The notes beneath the pieces are model-generated. The model had not been told where the DNA came from and did no database searches. It saw only the letters and a program-made list of their open reading frames with translations. The position numbers and the translations under genes are program-made. Shown here piece by piece: positions 1 to 8,744 of a stretch of 64,000 nucleotides of DNA (positions within the stretch are counted from its first letter, which is position 1; every line of letters starts with the position of its first letter). Origin of the DNA: a virus; IMG/VR virus record IMGVR_UViG_3300007987_000009. One strand, 5' to 3'.

Positions 1-200
1 GAATGCTTTGCTCCAAGAACAACGCGGGATTGGGCATGCGCTCGTGGAGATACAGTGCGGTTGTCGACAATGGGTACATAGAAGCTCTTTTCTGTGAATC
101 CTGCGGCCCAACAATGTGCATGGACGAGTTCGATGGCGACCCTTTCGATGTGTCCGACGCACAGACAATGTTAGAATATTTACAAGATGGTCTGCTCTAA
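1..200 (+). CDS. Peroxiredoxin (Prx5/PGdx-type), C-terminal part; gene starts upstream of the window
   Basis: GLGMRSWRYSAVVDNG...DPFDVSDAQTMLEYL matches the Prx5-type C-terminus. Confidence 0.8.
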   Translation, partial: MLCSKNNAGLGMRSWRYSAVVDNGYIEALFCESCGPTMCMDEFDGDPFDVSDAQTMLEYLQDGLL

Positions 201-338
201 AAAATTGATTTTAGAAGTGCTGATAGAACACCCAATTATTAGTGAGATACTGAATGATGGCAAACAGGATGGACCAAATAGCGTTGGACTACTTCAATAA
301 GAATCCTCAAGAAAGAGACGAGGTAATCAAAGCCTATT

Positions 339-733
339 ATGCTTGACATTCTTCTAACTACGAGGAAGGCGCTCATAGATTTTTTTAATGATTCTAGAAC
401 CGCCGAATGCACGGGGTGTGGTCGAACTAGAGAACAAGTTCGCTACGATGAGTTGCCCCCAAAATGTTCTAATCATAGAGAAACTTACACTAAATATTAT
501 ATCACAAGCAAAATTTACGAAGAAGAAAAAATATCTACAACTACTTGGTAAGGCAGAGAATCATGTACCGCAGTTAATAGAAACGCACGGATTGAACGGA
601 AGGGTTTAAGCTTGGATGCATCATACGCACGGGTACGACCCAGAAGTGGTATCTATGTATGTGGATATATCCTAGGCCCTTCATAAAGACTATCTAGAAG
701 AAATGTTAATACACAAAGAGAAATCAAAAAATG
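339..733 (+). pseudogene. Disrupted ORF (CxxC plus AlaRS-like helical segment); decayed or mis-sequenced
   Basis: Frameshift in A-run near 525-531, in-frame TAA (607-609) and TAG (~673); reconstructed EEEKKYLQLL...HTHGYDPE. Confidence 0.3.
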
Positions 734-1558
734 ACAAATTTAAAACCAAAATGGGTAGTTGACAAGTACATATTCGATGGTTCCAGAATACCAGTAGAAG
801 TATTTGACGAACTTGGAATAGAATTTTTCGAATACGATTACATTCCGTTTCTTATAGAAGATAGAAGAATACCTTTTGACACCTCTGAGCCCGTAATAAC
901 CTACACCACACTTGGTGTGGTGAAAAAAATGAGACAGTTTTGGGGTTGTTATTACGATGATCTAAAATACAACTGTAACGTCTACATGTCATTGCTTGAT
1001 GTAGACGACAGAATGTTTTTGAACCACGACCATTTGTACTGTACCCTGTCCGATTTAATCACAAAACCGAATTACTATTTTGAACTTATGGGAATAGATC
1101 AACTCTTTTTCAGACCCAACCGGGGATGTAAAGAGTTTACCGGAGATGTTTGGAGCATGGAACAATTGCCTAGAGAACTTGATGCTATTGTTAAAATGTA
1201 TGGAGTCGATTTGGATTCGATGATTTTGATATCTACCCCCAAAAAGATATTCGAAGAAGAGAGATTTATTGTCGGCAACAGAGAAATTCTTGCAAGCTCC
1301 CGATACGCAGTCGAAGGCATCCACGTTGAAGACACAAAAGTAAATCTAGAATCCAAGGAATCTGTTCAAAGAATCCTTGATACTTCCGACTGGCTCCCGG
1401 ACACACTTTTTTGTATTGATATAGCTACAACAAATGAAGGTCCTAAAATAGTTGAACTGAACTCTTTTAGCTGTTCTGGTTGGTACGCAATGGACCCGAG
1501 GGAAGTTGTCAGAAAAGCGTCTGATGTAGTTATGGAAGAATATAGAAAGCAGTTGTGA
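731..1558 (+). CDS. ATP-grasp protein, R2K/DUF4343 type
   Basis: FFRPNRGCKEFTG, EERFIV..ILASSRY, IDIA..GPKIVELNSFSCSGWY. Confidence 0.8.
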   Translation: MTNLKPKWVVDKYIFDGSRIPVEVFDELGIEFFEYDYIPFLIEDRRIPFDTSEPVITYTTLGVVKKMRQFWGCYYDDLKYNCNVYMSLLDVDDRMFLNHDHLYCTLSDLITKPNYYFELMGIDQLFFRPNRGCKEFTGDVWSMEQLPRELDAIVKMYGVDLDSMILISTPKKIFEEERFIVGNREILASSRYAVEGIHVEDTKVNLESKESVQRILDTSDWLPDTLFCIDIATTNEGPKIVELNSFSCSGWYAMDPREVVRKASDVVMEEYRKQL

Positions 1559-2067
1559 TTTATGCTGGCATCGGCTCTAGAGAAACCCCAGAGCCCTTCT
1601 GCAAGATAATGCGAAAAATAGGGCGTACTTTTGGCAGTCGTGGTATGATTTTAAGGAGTGGTAACGCCAGAGGCGCGGATGAGTCTTTTATTAGAGGAGC
1701 AATGGAAGTTGGTGGTAAAATGGAAGTATATTTGCCTTGTGTCGGGTTTGGAACTATAAAGCCAGCCCAAGATGACGATAGGTTTGTTAATATAATACCA
1801 AAAGGTGCGTTCAATATAGCCGAAAATTTTCATCCAAGATGGAATAGCCTGTCAGACTTTGCAAAAAGACTTATGGCTAGAAACGTACTACAGGTTTTGG
1901 GCCAAGACCTCAATTCACCAGTAGATTTTGTCGTGTGTTACACACACGATGGGTTAGCAAGCGGGGGCACCGGTCAGGCTTTGCGCATTGCCGAAAGCTA
2001 CAATATCCCAATCTTTAATCTCAACATACAAAAAGATTTCCAAGACCTGAAGCCATATATTCGCTAA
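1555..2067 (+). CDS. DprA/SMF-like (SLOG superfamily) protein
   Basis: YAGIGSRETP, LRSGNARGAD, ARNVLQVLG, GGTGQALRIA. Confidence 0.8.
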   Translation: MIYAGIGSRETPEPFCKIMRKIGRTFGSRGMILRSGNARGADESFIRGAMEVGGKMEVYLPCVGFGTIKPAQDDDRFVNIIPKGAFNIAENFHPRWNSLSDFAKRLMARNVLQVLGQDLNSPVDFVVCYTHDGLASGGTGQALRIAESYNIPIFNLNIQKDFQDLKPYIR

Positions 2068-2100
2068 TAAGTAAACTTACAAATATCATTGTTATAAATC

Positions 2101-2123
2101 GGGCGACAGAACCCCTGTCGCCC
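2101..2123. terminator. Hairpin between convergent genes
   Basis: GGGCGACAG-aaccc-CTGTCGCCC. Confidence 0.6.
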
Positions 2124-2135
2124 TATTCGACAATT

Positions 2136-3760
2136 TTAAACTGGACAGGTTCCCCATACTGGAAGTTTGGCCGTTCCATTGATTGGACTGTTGATTGCAA
2201 AGCTTGATGGTTCCGGGGTAATATTTGTAACACACCACCCGGATATGTCTTGATCAAACGACGTTGCGTTTGCAAACATAAAGCTCATAAGGTTTCTATT
2301 AGTTACACTACTAACATCCCAAGAACCAATATCTGCATTGAAAGCAGTAGCACCTGAAAACATTGAGGTCATGTCACTAACATTTGAAACGTCCCAAGAG
2401 CTAATATCTGCATTGAAAGCAGTAGCACCTGAAAACATTGAGGTCATGTTACTAACATTTGAAACGTCCCAAGAGCTAATATCTGCATTGAAAGCAGTAG
2501 CACCTGAAAACAAGTTGCTCATGTTTGCTAGTGATTGAATGTTCCAGCCGGAAAGATCACGATTGAACGGAGTTCCACTAAACATAAAGCCAGCAGAAAT
2601 TAACGATTCTGTGTTCCAGTTCCCGATGTCGGTGTTGAAAGAGCGAGCGTTAGAGAACATGAACCCCGTGTCGGTTACTGAAGAAACATCCCATTCGCCG
2701 ATGTCCACATTAAATTGATAACAAGAATCAAACATAGAATTCATATTAGTTACTGAAGAAACATTCCACCCACCCACATCATCATTAAAACTATAACAAC
2801 TATCAAACATCGAAGCCATGTTTACTGCACCCGAAGTGTCCCAAGATGAAGCATTTATCGATTTGAGGCTGTTGCAACGCGCGAACATGTCAGACAGATC
2901 ACACGACCCCGAGAATTTCCAGTCTGTGGCATCAACAGACGAAAGTGTCGCACAGTTGTTAAACATGCTAGTGCAGTTACAATTGTTAAATTTCCATCCT
3001 CGCAAACATAGTGTATCTATCTGTTCTGAGTCTATAAACATTTGAGCGGTTGTAGTTGCTTTAGAAACGTCCCATTTGCTCAAATCTAATCTGTTTGTGT
3101 TTCTGCTCCTATTGAAAGTTGATTGGAAATTAGTAACGTTTGAAACATCCCAATTTTGCAAAGACTCTTTGGCTTTTTCTGTCAAAAAGGAATCTCTGAA
3201 ACAAGAGTTTAATGTAATAACACTAGGGGGTAATTCTTCTGGTAGATCGTCGACGTATCCAAATTCAAAAGTACTTACCAGACCGGTAATACCTAGATCT
3301 CCAAAATCTACAATACGTTCGCTCGTACTATTGAAATCGAAAAATGATCCAAAAGTCTCCGACGTACCACTAATGGATATAGTATATTTTCCTTTAGTAG
3401 GATAATTGCGGTTTACGTTAACAGACGCGCCTTGGAAATTTTCAACTGGAGACCCATCTCCCCAATCTATTAAAATATCACAATTAGAGAAAAAATACCC
3501 AGAAATACTATTGTTGTTACTTGCAGAAGTGTCAATCTCTATAAGCATCGGGCGATACGCCAAGGGTTTGACAACAGTTTTTCCATTTTCCAAATTTACA
3601 TAAACACTATCGCCATCCTCTATTATGTCTTCTATTGTTTTGAGTTTTCTATCTGTGTTGTAGCAATATTTCGAGGAATTGGCGCGCAAGTTTAAAGTAG
3701 AGATAACCTCTTTGGCCTGACTGAATCAACTGTGTCTAGTACGTATAAAAATTCTTTCAT
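2136..3760 (-). CDS. BspA/DUF285-type repeat surface protein; probable true start 3760 with a 1-nt frameshift at ~3707
   Basis: Many 25-aa FNxDIxxWDVSxVTxMxxMF repeats and an IDWGDGS domain; TATAAATA on - strand at 3795-3802. Confidence 0.85.
2328..2512. repeat. About 2.5 near-identical 75-bp tandem units inside the BspA gene
   Basis: AATATCTGCATTGAAAGCAGTAGCACCTGAAAACA starts at 2328, 2403 and 2478. Confidence 0.95.
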
Positions 3761-3840
3761 TTTGGTATAGTTTCCATTTTCGGGGCATCGATTATATTTA
3801 TATTTTCTACTAAGAAAAAAAAAAAAATTCCAAATGGGGG

Positions 3841-3911
3841 TTGACATACACGATTTTTCGGTGTAGAATGGCCTTCCAAATAAATGTTAAAAGTTCGCTA
3901 ATGTATAAATA
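3841..3911 (+). promoter_or_regulatory. Sigma70 promoter plus T4-type late promoter upstream of HNH gene
   Basis: TTGACA(3841)-17-TAGAAT; TATAAATA 3904-3911. Confidence 0.75.
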
Positions 3912-3939
3912 GTAAAAGAACATTTGGCCGAACAAAAGT

Positions 3940-4653
3940 ATGGATTATGAGAAAATTTACGCAAATTTAATTAATAGGGCAAAGAATAGAGAATTACAAG
4001 GATATGTGGAAAAGCATCATATAGTGCCTAAATGTTTGGGTGGGGACGATTCTGTAGAAAATTTAGCGATACTAACCCCGGAAGAACATTACTTGGCGCA
4101 CCAGTTGTTGGTAAAGATGCACCCAGATCATGAAGGATTAACATGGGCCGCACTACAAATGACAGGTCGCCCAATAAGTGAACAACGAACCAATAACAAA
4201 GTGTATGGTTGGCTAAGAAGAAAACACTCCGAAAACTCGAAAAGGAGAGTGGGAGAGAAAAACGGATCATACGGAAAAAGATGGTTTTATAATCCAGACA
4301 CTTTGGAAAACATCAAGTGCGATCCACAAGGAAAACCAATTGGATTCATTGCGGGTAGAATAATTAAAAAAGAAAAGAAGAAAACATATTGTCTAGATTG
4401 TGGAAAAGAGGTAGAAAAGCCAAGGGCAAAATACTGTGATTTTCACCGCAAAAGAAGAATGAAAAAAGTAGATTGGGGAAAGTCTAAAAGGAAAAAAACC
4501 GATCTAGACATAAAAAAAGCCTTGACATCCAACAATTATGATGTTACGATGGCAATGAAAAGTTTGGGTTACTCCGAAAAATCGTGTGAAGGAGGAAATA
4601 CCAGATACAGATTTAAAAAAATATTATCAGAAATTTTACAGACTGATAAATAA
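3940..4653 (+). CDS. HNH homing endonuclease (Mob-like)
   Basis: EKHHIVPKCLGG..NLAILTPEEHYLAHQLL; Lys-rich CxxC C-terminus. Confidence 0.9.
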   Translation: MDYEKIYANLINRAKNRELQGYVEKHHIVPKCLGGDDSVENLAILTPEEHYLAHQLLVKMHPDHEGLTWAALQMTGRPISEQRTNNKVYGWLRRKHSENSKRRVGEKNGSYGKRWFYNPDTLENIKCDPQGKPIGFIAGRIIKKEKKKTYCLDCGKEVEKPRAKYCDFHRKRRMKKVDWGKSKRKKTDLDIKKALTSNNYDVTMAMKSLGYSEKSCEGGNTRYRFKKILSEILQTDK

Positions 4654-4666
4654 CGTAGAAATTAAT

Positions 4667-4753
4667 GCGAGTGTAGCTCAGTTGGTCAGAGCGCGACCCT
4701 TCCAAGGTCGAGGCGAATAGGTTCCGCAGGTTCGAATCCTGTCACTCGCTCCA
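4667..4753 (+). tRNA. tRNA-Gly(TCC) with 15-nt variable region
   Basis: GCGAGTG/CACTCGC-T-CCA; CGACC-CT-TCC-AA-GGTCG; TTCGAAT. Confidence 0.9.
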
Positions 4754-4770
4754 AATTTTGCTTGAGGTAT

Positions 4771-5006
4771 ATGAATACTAAAATTAAAGCTCTAAAGAGA
4801 GAAATACGAGTAATACAAGAATCTCTCGAAAAGAAAATAAAGAGCTTGACGCATTACACAAGGTGTGGTGTAATGGTGGCTGTAAAAGCGGACTGCACAG
4901 ATGGACAGAGGAAGAAGTCACTGAAGAGTTAGTCTTAATAGCAGAAAAAAACACAATTAGACTACGACAATGGTGGGAAAATTCAAAAAGTCGTAAAAAA
5001 GCTTGA
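4771..5006 (+). CDS. Hypothetical protein (1-nt frameshift in A-run near 4836)
   Basis: RBS GAGG and ATG; frame continues as ELDALHKVWCNGGC after one added A. Confidence 0.5.
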
Positions 5007-5031
5007 CAAGTGATATAAATAGGTTTATACT
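5003..5031 (+). promoter_or_regulatory. Nested sigma70 and late promoter
   Basis: TTGACA-17-TATACT with TATAAATA (5014-5021) inside the spacer. Confidence 0.8.
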
Positions 5032-5059
5032 TGTAAAACATTAAAGAATTAAAAAAATT

Positions 5060-5224
5060 ATGAAAACTATTGCAAACACAAAAATTAATATCGACGGACA
5101 CAAGACTATTGCGTCTACCGATACTATTATTTCCGCCAAAAATTGGTCGGAGAGTCAGCAAGTGCGCGATAATTTTGCGCCTAGCAATAGTGCCTTTTTG
5201 TCTAAAGGACGAGGGATGGTTTAA
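5060..5224 (+). CDS. 54-aa putative leader peptide
   Basis: MKTIANTKINIDGHK...SAFLSKGRGMV*, between promoter and terminator; overlaps the antiterminator strand. Confidence 0.6.
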   Translation: MKTIANTKINIDGHKTIASTDTIISAKNWSESQQVRDNFAPSNSAFLSKGRGMV

Positions 5225-5282
5225 ATAATCCAAACCTCAGAAAGAAAGACAAAAAGGCAGCTTAAAAAAGCTGCCTTTTTTT
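5192..5282 (+). terminator. Terminator/antiterminator (attenuator)
   Basis: Stem GGCAGCTT/AAGCTGCC plus T7; alternative perfect 12-bp pair 5192-5203 with 5247-5258. Confidence 0.8.
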
Positions 5283-5292
5283 ATGTTCAAAA

Positions 5293-5390
5293 CAGTGCAA
5301 ACGGAAACGAGGTCCAATCAGCACTTTAAAAAATGAACGGGCGGGAACGAGGATGAAAACTCTCTTGTGAGTGGAAAAATTCGTTCTAAA
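5293..5390 (+). ncRNA. Candidate structured ncRNA
   Basis: Non-coding; AGTGC/GCACT, GAACGA/TCGTTC and ACTC/GAGT stems. Confidence 0.4.
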
Positions 5391-5403
5391 ACAAATTGTA
5401 GGT

Positions 5404-5457
5404 GCCCCCGGCTACCATTTTGTAGGTTGAGAAATGTGTAGGACGGTAGCCGGGGGC
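5404..5457. repeat. 13-bp perfect inverted repeat
   Basis: GCCCCCGGCTACC ... GGTAGCCGGGGGC. Confidence 0.85.
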
Positions 5458-5529
5458 TTTGTTATGCTTTATACTTGACAAAGAATGTTAAACTTAGTAT
5501 AAGAAGATCAAACAATAAAGGATAAAGTT

Positions 5530-5751
5530 ATGGAAGATTATCAAAAAAGAGTGTTAGATGAAAAACATGATCTAGACCAGAAAATATTCAGGTTGTACTG
5601 TTTCATAAACTCCAACAGTAAACCATACGGAGATTCTATATTTCCCACTCTGTCCAAAACAGAACAACAACTAATGAAAGAACAGCTTCAAATAATGAAT
5701 TCATATTCTGATATTCTAGGCAAGCGAATAGCAGAATGGGAGAAAGAATAA
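5530..5751 (+). CDS. crAss001_48-related helical protein (putative signal sponge)
   Basis: YQKRVLDEKHDLDQKI..L..F...LSKTEQQLMKEQL..M..Y..IL..RI. Confidence 0.7.
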   Translation: MEDYQKRVLDEKHDLDQKIFRLYCFINSNSKPYGDSIFPTLSKTEQQLMKEQLQIMNSYSDILGKRIAEWEKE

Positions 5752-5861
5752 TGGCATATATCGTCCATTTTATTTTCCCCAACCGCGATGGCAAATACCC
5801 CATCATAATAATAAAGTAATGCAACATACACAAGTCACGGAGTTTACGGGACTTGTTACAT

Positions 5862-5944
5862 ACACCTGATGACTAATTGGCAGGTCACCAGCCTTTCACG
5901 CTGGAGTCAGAGATGACGAGCGGGTTCGAATCCCGTCAGGTGTG
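5862..5944 (+). tRNA. tRNA-Glu(TTC) with long variable arm, no encoded CCA
   Basis: ACACCTG/CAGGTGT; CCAGC-CT-TTC-AC-GCTGG; variable hairpin GTCA-GAGA-TGAC. Confidence 0.85.
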
Positions 5945-6038
5945 CTTTAGCCCTTGCCATAGGGCATACCAAGATGGTAGAATAAGAAAAAGTGGCAAAA
6001 ATATGTAAGACCACTGATCTTAAAATGGAGAAATAGAA

Positions 6039-6518
6039 ATGAAAAATAACACATACAGACTACAACTGAGTTTGGTAAATGATAATAATGAACGTGCTGC
6101 CGAACATACATTAGAAACGGCTATCGCTAAAGAAGCCGTGGAAACCGCGATAATGGTACGTGGCGACATAATTGAAGAAATATGTGACCTGTTGATTGGA
6201 GAAGTTAGAGATATTTTAATTGATCGCAATCAGTTGGAAGTTTCGATTCATAGTTTGGTCGGACAATTGGCCGAGGGAAATCAGGTAGGGAATGATATGG
6301 TAGATAGTACAAGCGATGATAGAACTACAAACAACACCATGAGACATAATTACAGAGTGTTGTCCGATACTGAAAAAAGAGCGATGTCCAACATCAAAGA
6401 CATGGGCCTAGAACTTCACGAATACATTGATAGTTTGGGAAGTTCCAGAGAACTATCCATCGCAAAAACAAAAATTGAAGAAGCTGTCATGTGGGCAGTC
6501 AAGCACGTGACAAAATGA
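6039..6518 (+). CDS. Protein with C-terminal Acb2/Tad1-like domain
   Basis: RHNYRVLSDTEK..M..IK..G...SRELSIAKTKIEEAVMWAVK. Confidence 0.7.
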   Translation: MKNNTYRLQLSLVNDNNERAAEHTLETAIAKEAVETAIMVRGDIIEEICDLLIGEVRDILIDRNQLEVSIHSLVGQLAEGNQVGNDMVDSTSDDRTTNNTMRHNYRVLSDTEKRAMSNIKDMGLELHEYIDSLGSSRELSIAKTKIEEAVMWAVKHVTK

Positions 6519-6766
6519 TTTTCAGGGCAAAAACACTTGGAAATGAACCGGAGTTACAAATCAAAGGAACTGACATAGATCATATTCTTAGTTCTAGATT
6601 CTTTGATTATTATTATTATCCGGATGACGGGAAATTCGACGTTGTGGCCGATCCAGAGTTAACAATAGTGAAAGTCGTTGAAACGGGTGACAGTTTTGAT
6701 CAAGGCGTACTTATTGGATGGATAGAACACGAAATTCGAAAGTCTGAAGTAAGATCAGGAAAATAA
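6515..6766 (+). CDS. Hypothetical protein
   Basis: ATGA overlap with upstream stop. Confidence 0.6.
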   Translation: MIFRAKTLGNEPELQIKGTDIDHILSSRFFDYYYYPDDGKFDVVADPELTIVKVVETGDSFDQGVLIGWIEHEIRKSEVRSGK

Positions 6767-6767
6767 T

Positions 6768-7109
6768 ATGACTGAAACATTAGAATCTTTAGCAAAAAAA
6801 TATTACAATCTTATAAACGAGATTGCAGGAACAATAGTTGATTTGGAATCTAGTATTGGCCCAGAACATTTCGATACCAAACAAGAAGAGACGCTCGTAG
6901 CTTTATATTCTTTACTCGACGGTATCGAAGACCAAAACTTTGTAGATTGGGTAAAGCGTGATGCTGAAGAATTGAAAGAAGCAGTGAAAAAAGCATATCC
7001 AAATGGTGACTATTACTCCGTGACGGGAATACAAATGCGTCAAGAAATTGATCGTACTATAATCAGTGATATTCTTATAGAAGCTTTGAAAGACAAGAAA
7101 AAAAATTGA
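6768..7109 (+). CDS. Hypothetical protein
   Basis: ORF with RBS, operonic spacing. Confidence 0.6.
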   Translation: MTETLESLAKKYYNLINEIAGTIVDLESSIGPEHFDTKQEETLVALYSLLDGIEDQNFVDWVKRDAEELKEAVKKAYPNGDYYSVTGIQMRQEIDRTIISDILIEALKDKKKN

Positions 7110-7175
7110 GGACCCTCTCTCGGAGATATTATAGTTTCTATTTTGAAAATGTTCAGTCCGAAGTATCAATATTAT

Positions 7176-7459
7176 CAAGAAAACAAAGAAGACCCCGTCC
7201 TTCAGGGAAGGGGACAAATTCTAAAAATATTCACTACTTGACATAAACACTAGATAGTGGTACAATATCAAATATTCAGTATCGATAACCAAGTGCTGAA
7301 TAATATTGTAAATATCTACCTTAAAAGCAGTAGAAAAAAGAACCGTAGGGCATACGGGGATAGCTTGCGGAGTCCGACATAAATCTAAAGTTCTTGTAGA
7401 GAACAATGTAGTGGACGATGAAACAAGAATCCTCTTCCTTTAGGGAGAGGAGAAGTCAA
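7176..7459 (+). mobile_element. Non-autonomous IS200/IS605-derived element, copy 1
   Basis: TTAT|CAAG left end, hairpin CCCCGTCC-TTCAG-GGAAGGGG; tnpB-tail-like RTVGHTGIACG; right hairpin TCCTCTTCC/GGGAGAGGA ending TCAA; internal TTGACA-17-TACAAT. Confidence 0.8.
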
Positions 7460-7461
7460 AT

Positions 7462-7537
7462 GGGGCCGTAGCTTAATTGGGAGAGCAGTTGCTTTGCAAG
7501 CAACAGGTTGTCGGTTCGATCCCGACCGGTTCCACCA
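7462..7537 (+). tRNA. tRNA-Ala(TGC)
   Basis: Cloverleaf, G3:U70, CCA. Confidence 0.95.
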
Positions 7538-7543
7538 TTTAAA

Positions 7544-7619
7544 GTAGGGTGAACTAGTGTGGTCATAGTGCTGGTCTGAAAAACCAGAAAAGTCGGTTCG
7601 ATTCCGGCACCCTGCACCA
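7544..7619 (+). tRNA. tRNA-Phe(GAA)
   Basis: CTGGT-CT-GAA-AA-ACCAG, CCA. Confidence 0.9.
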
Positions 7620-7714
7620 AGTTTAAGATGTATGGTGATCGTTGTAAATTTTACTAATAGTAATTAGATTGTTCTATTTAATCTTTTTAAGATTAAATTG
7701 AGAACAATAACACA

Positions 7715-7900
7715 ATGCGATTTAAATGCGCCGTAGTGGGGAGCAGCCATACTTCTTTCTTTTAGGTGAGTAACTCAATAACCTATCAATTAGACCGTAT
7801 AAATGGAGATAATACAGATAATAAGATAGAAAATTTGAGACTTCTCTGTCCTAACTGTCACTCCCAGACCGGTACATATGGTGAAAGGAATATTAAAACA
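7715..7900 (+). pseudogene. HNH endonuclease remnant
   Basis: QLDRINGDNTDNKIENLRLLCPNCHSQTGTYG without an intact 5' part. Confidence 0.75.
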
Positions 7901-7902
7901 AT

Positions 7903-7977
7903 GGGTGTATAGTTCAATGGAAGAACGGGTCCCTGTTAAGGACTTGGTTGGGGGTTCAAATCCCTCTGCACCCGCCA
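7903..7977 (+). tRNA. tRNA-Asn(GTT)
   Basis: GGTCC-CT-GTT-AA-GGACT, GCCA. Confidence 0.9.
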
Positions 7978-7987
7978 AAAACAATTA

Positions 7988-8062
7988 GGGTGAGTAGCTC
8001 AGTGGCAGAGCATTCCGCTGTTAACGGAACGGTCGTCGGTTCGAACCCGACCTCGCCCTCCA
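7988..8062 (+). tRNA. tRNA-Asn(GTT), U73
   Basis: TTCCG-CT-GTT-AA-CGGAA, TCCA. Confidence 0.9.
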
Positions 8063-8292
8063 ATTTAAAATGTAACTAATAGCCCGACGCATCCGAAAGT
8101 AACATCGGACACAGATTGAGTTCAATGCGGAGCAATTGGTTGAGAGGAAGGAAGAGCCTTATATGATTTAAACACGCTGGTCCTCGCATGATCGTCCCGA
8201 TGATAAGAGCAAAGATCGTTAATATTGTCGCCAGTGTCTAAGAATTCAATGCCGGATGATCTACGTGTGAATCCACGTACCGGCTCCAAATT

Positions 8293-8395
8293 GTTGCATT
8301 ATTCTAATGTAAAGTGAAAACCGGTTAGTAGCTTTGCTTGGTAGGATGACAGCCAGAGGCTGTTGGCACAGGTTCGAACCCTGTATGCAACACCA
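8293..8395 (+). ncRNA. tRNA-like RNA with enlarged D loop and collapsed anticodon loop
   Basis: GTTGCAT/ATGCAAC-A-CCA; ACAGG-TTCGAAC-CCTGT; ACAGCC-AGA-GGCTGT. Confidence 0.7.
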
Positions 8396-8405
8396 AATTA
8401 ACAAT

Positions 8406-8482
8406 ACCGAGGTAGCTTAACTGTCTAGAGTCCCCGACTGTCACTCGGGTGGATGCGGGTTAGAATCCCGTTCTCGGTGCCA
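8406..8482 (+). tRNA. tRNA-Asp(GTC), atypical D and T loops
   Basis: CCCGA-CT-GTC-AC-TCGGG, GCCA. Confidence 0.85.
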
Positions 8483-8490
8483 AATTCGAA

Positions 8491-8566
8491 TGGGGTGAAA
8501 CGCAAAGGGTTGAGCTGACTGGCTTTGAACCAGTCGTAGAGAGTTCGATTCTCTCCACCCCGGCCA
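8491..8566 (+). tRNA. tRNA-Gln(TTG)
   Basis: ACTGG-CT-TTG-AA-CCAGT, GCCA. Confidence 0.85.
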
Positions 8567-8573
8567 CAACAAT

Positions 8574-8651
8574 GGAGCAGTAGTTTAATTTTGGTAAAAT
8601 GCCTCCCTGTCACGGAGGATGATGCGGGATCATACCCCGTCTGTTCCGCCA
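8574..8651 (+). tRNA. tRNA-Asp(GTC)
   Basis: CCTCC-CT-GTC-AC-GGAGG, GCCA. Confidence 0.9.
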
Positions 8652-8660
8652 AATTTCAAT

Positions 8661-8738
8661 GCCCATCTAGCTAAACTGGATACAGCATTCGGCCACGAAC
8701 CGAAAGAATTGGGAGTTCGAATCTCTCGGTGGGCACCA
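8661..8738 (+). tRNA. tRNA-Arg(ACG), C33
   Basis: TTCGG-CC-ACG-AA-CCGAA, ACCA. Confidence 0.9.
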
Positions 8739-8744
8739 AACAAT

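Noticed and set aside
2328-2512. Diversity-generating retroelement TR/VR pair
   Set aside because: Adjacent in-frame tandem units with one difference; no reverse transcriptase in the window.
607-3723. Stop-codon reassignment
   Set aside because: Conserved genes are intact and end in TAA, TGA or TAG; no suppressor tRNA; the apparent internal stops are explained by indels or decay.
8080-8289. tmRNA, SRP RNA or hammerhead ribozyme
   Set aside because: No GGGGC 5' strand with G3:U70 or tag ORF; the GGAAGGAAG match to SRP is partial; the hammerhead core is incomplete.
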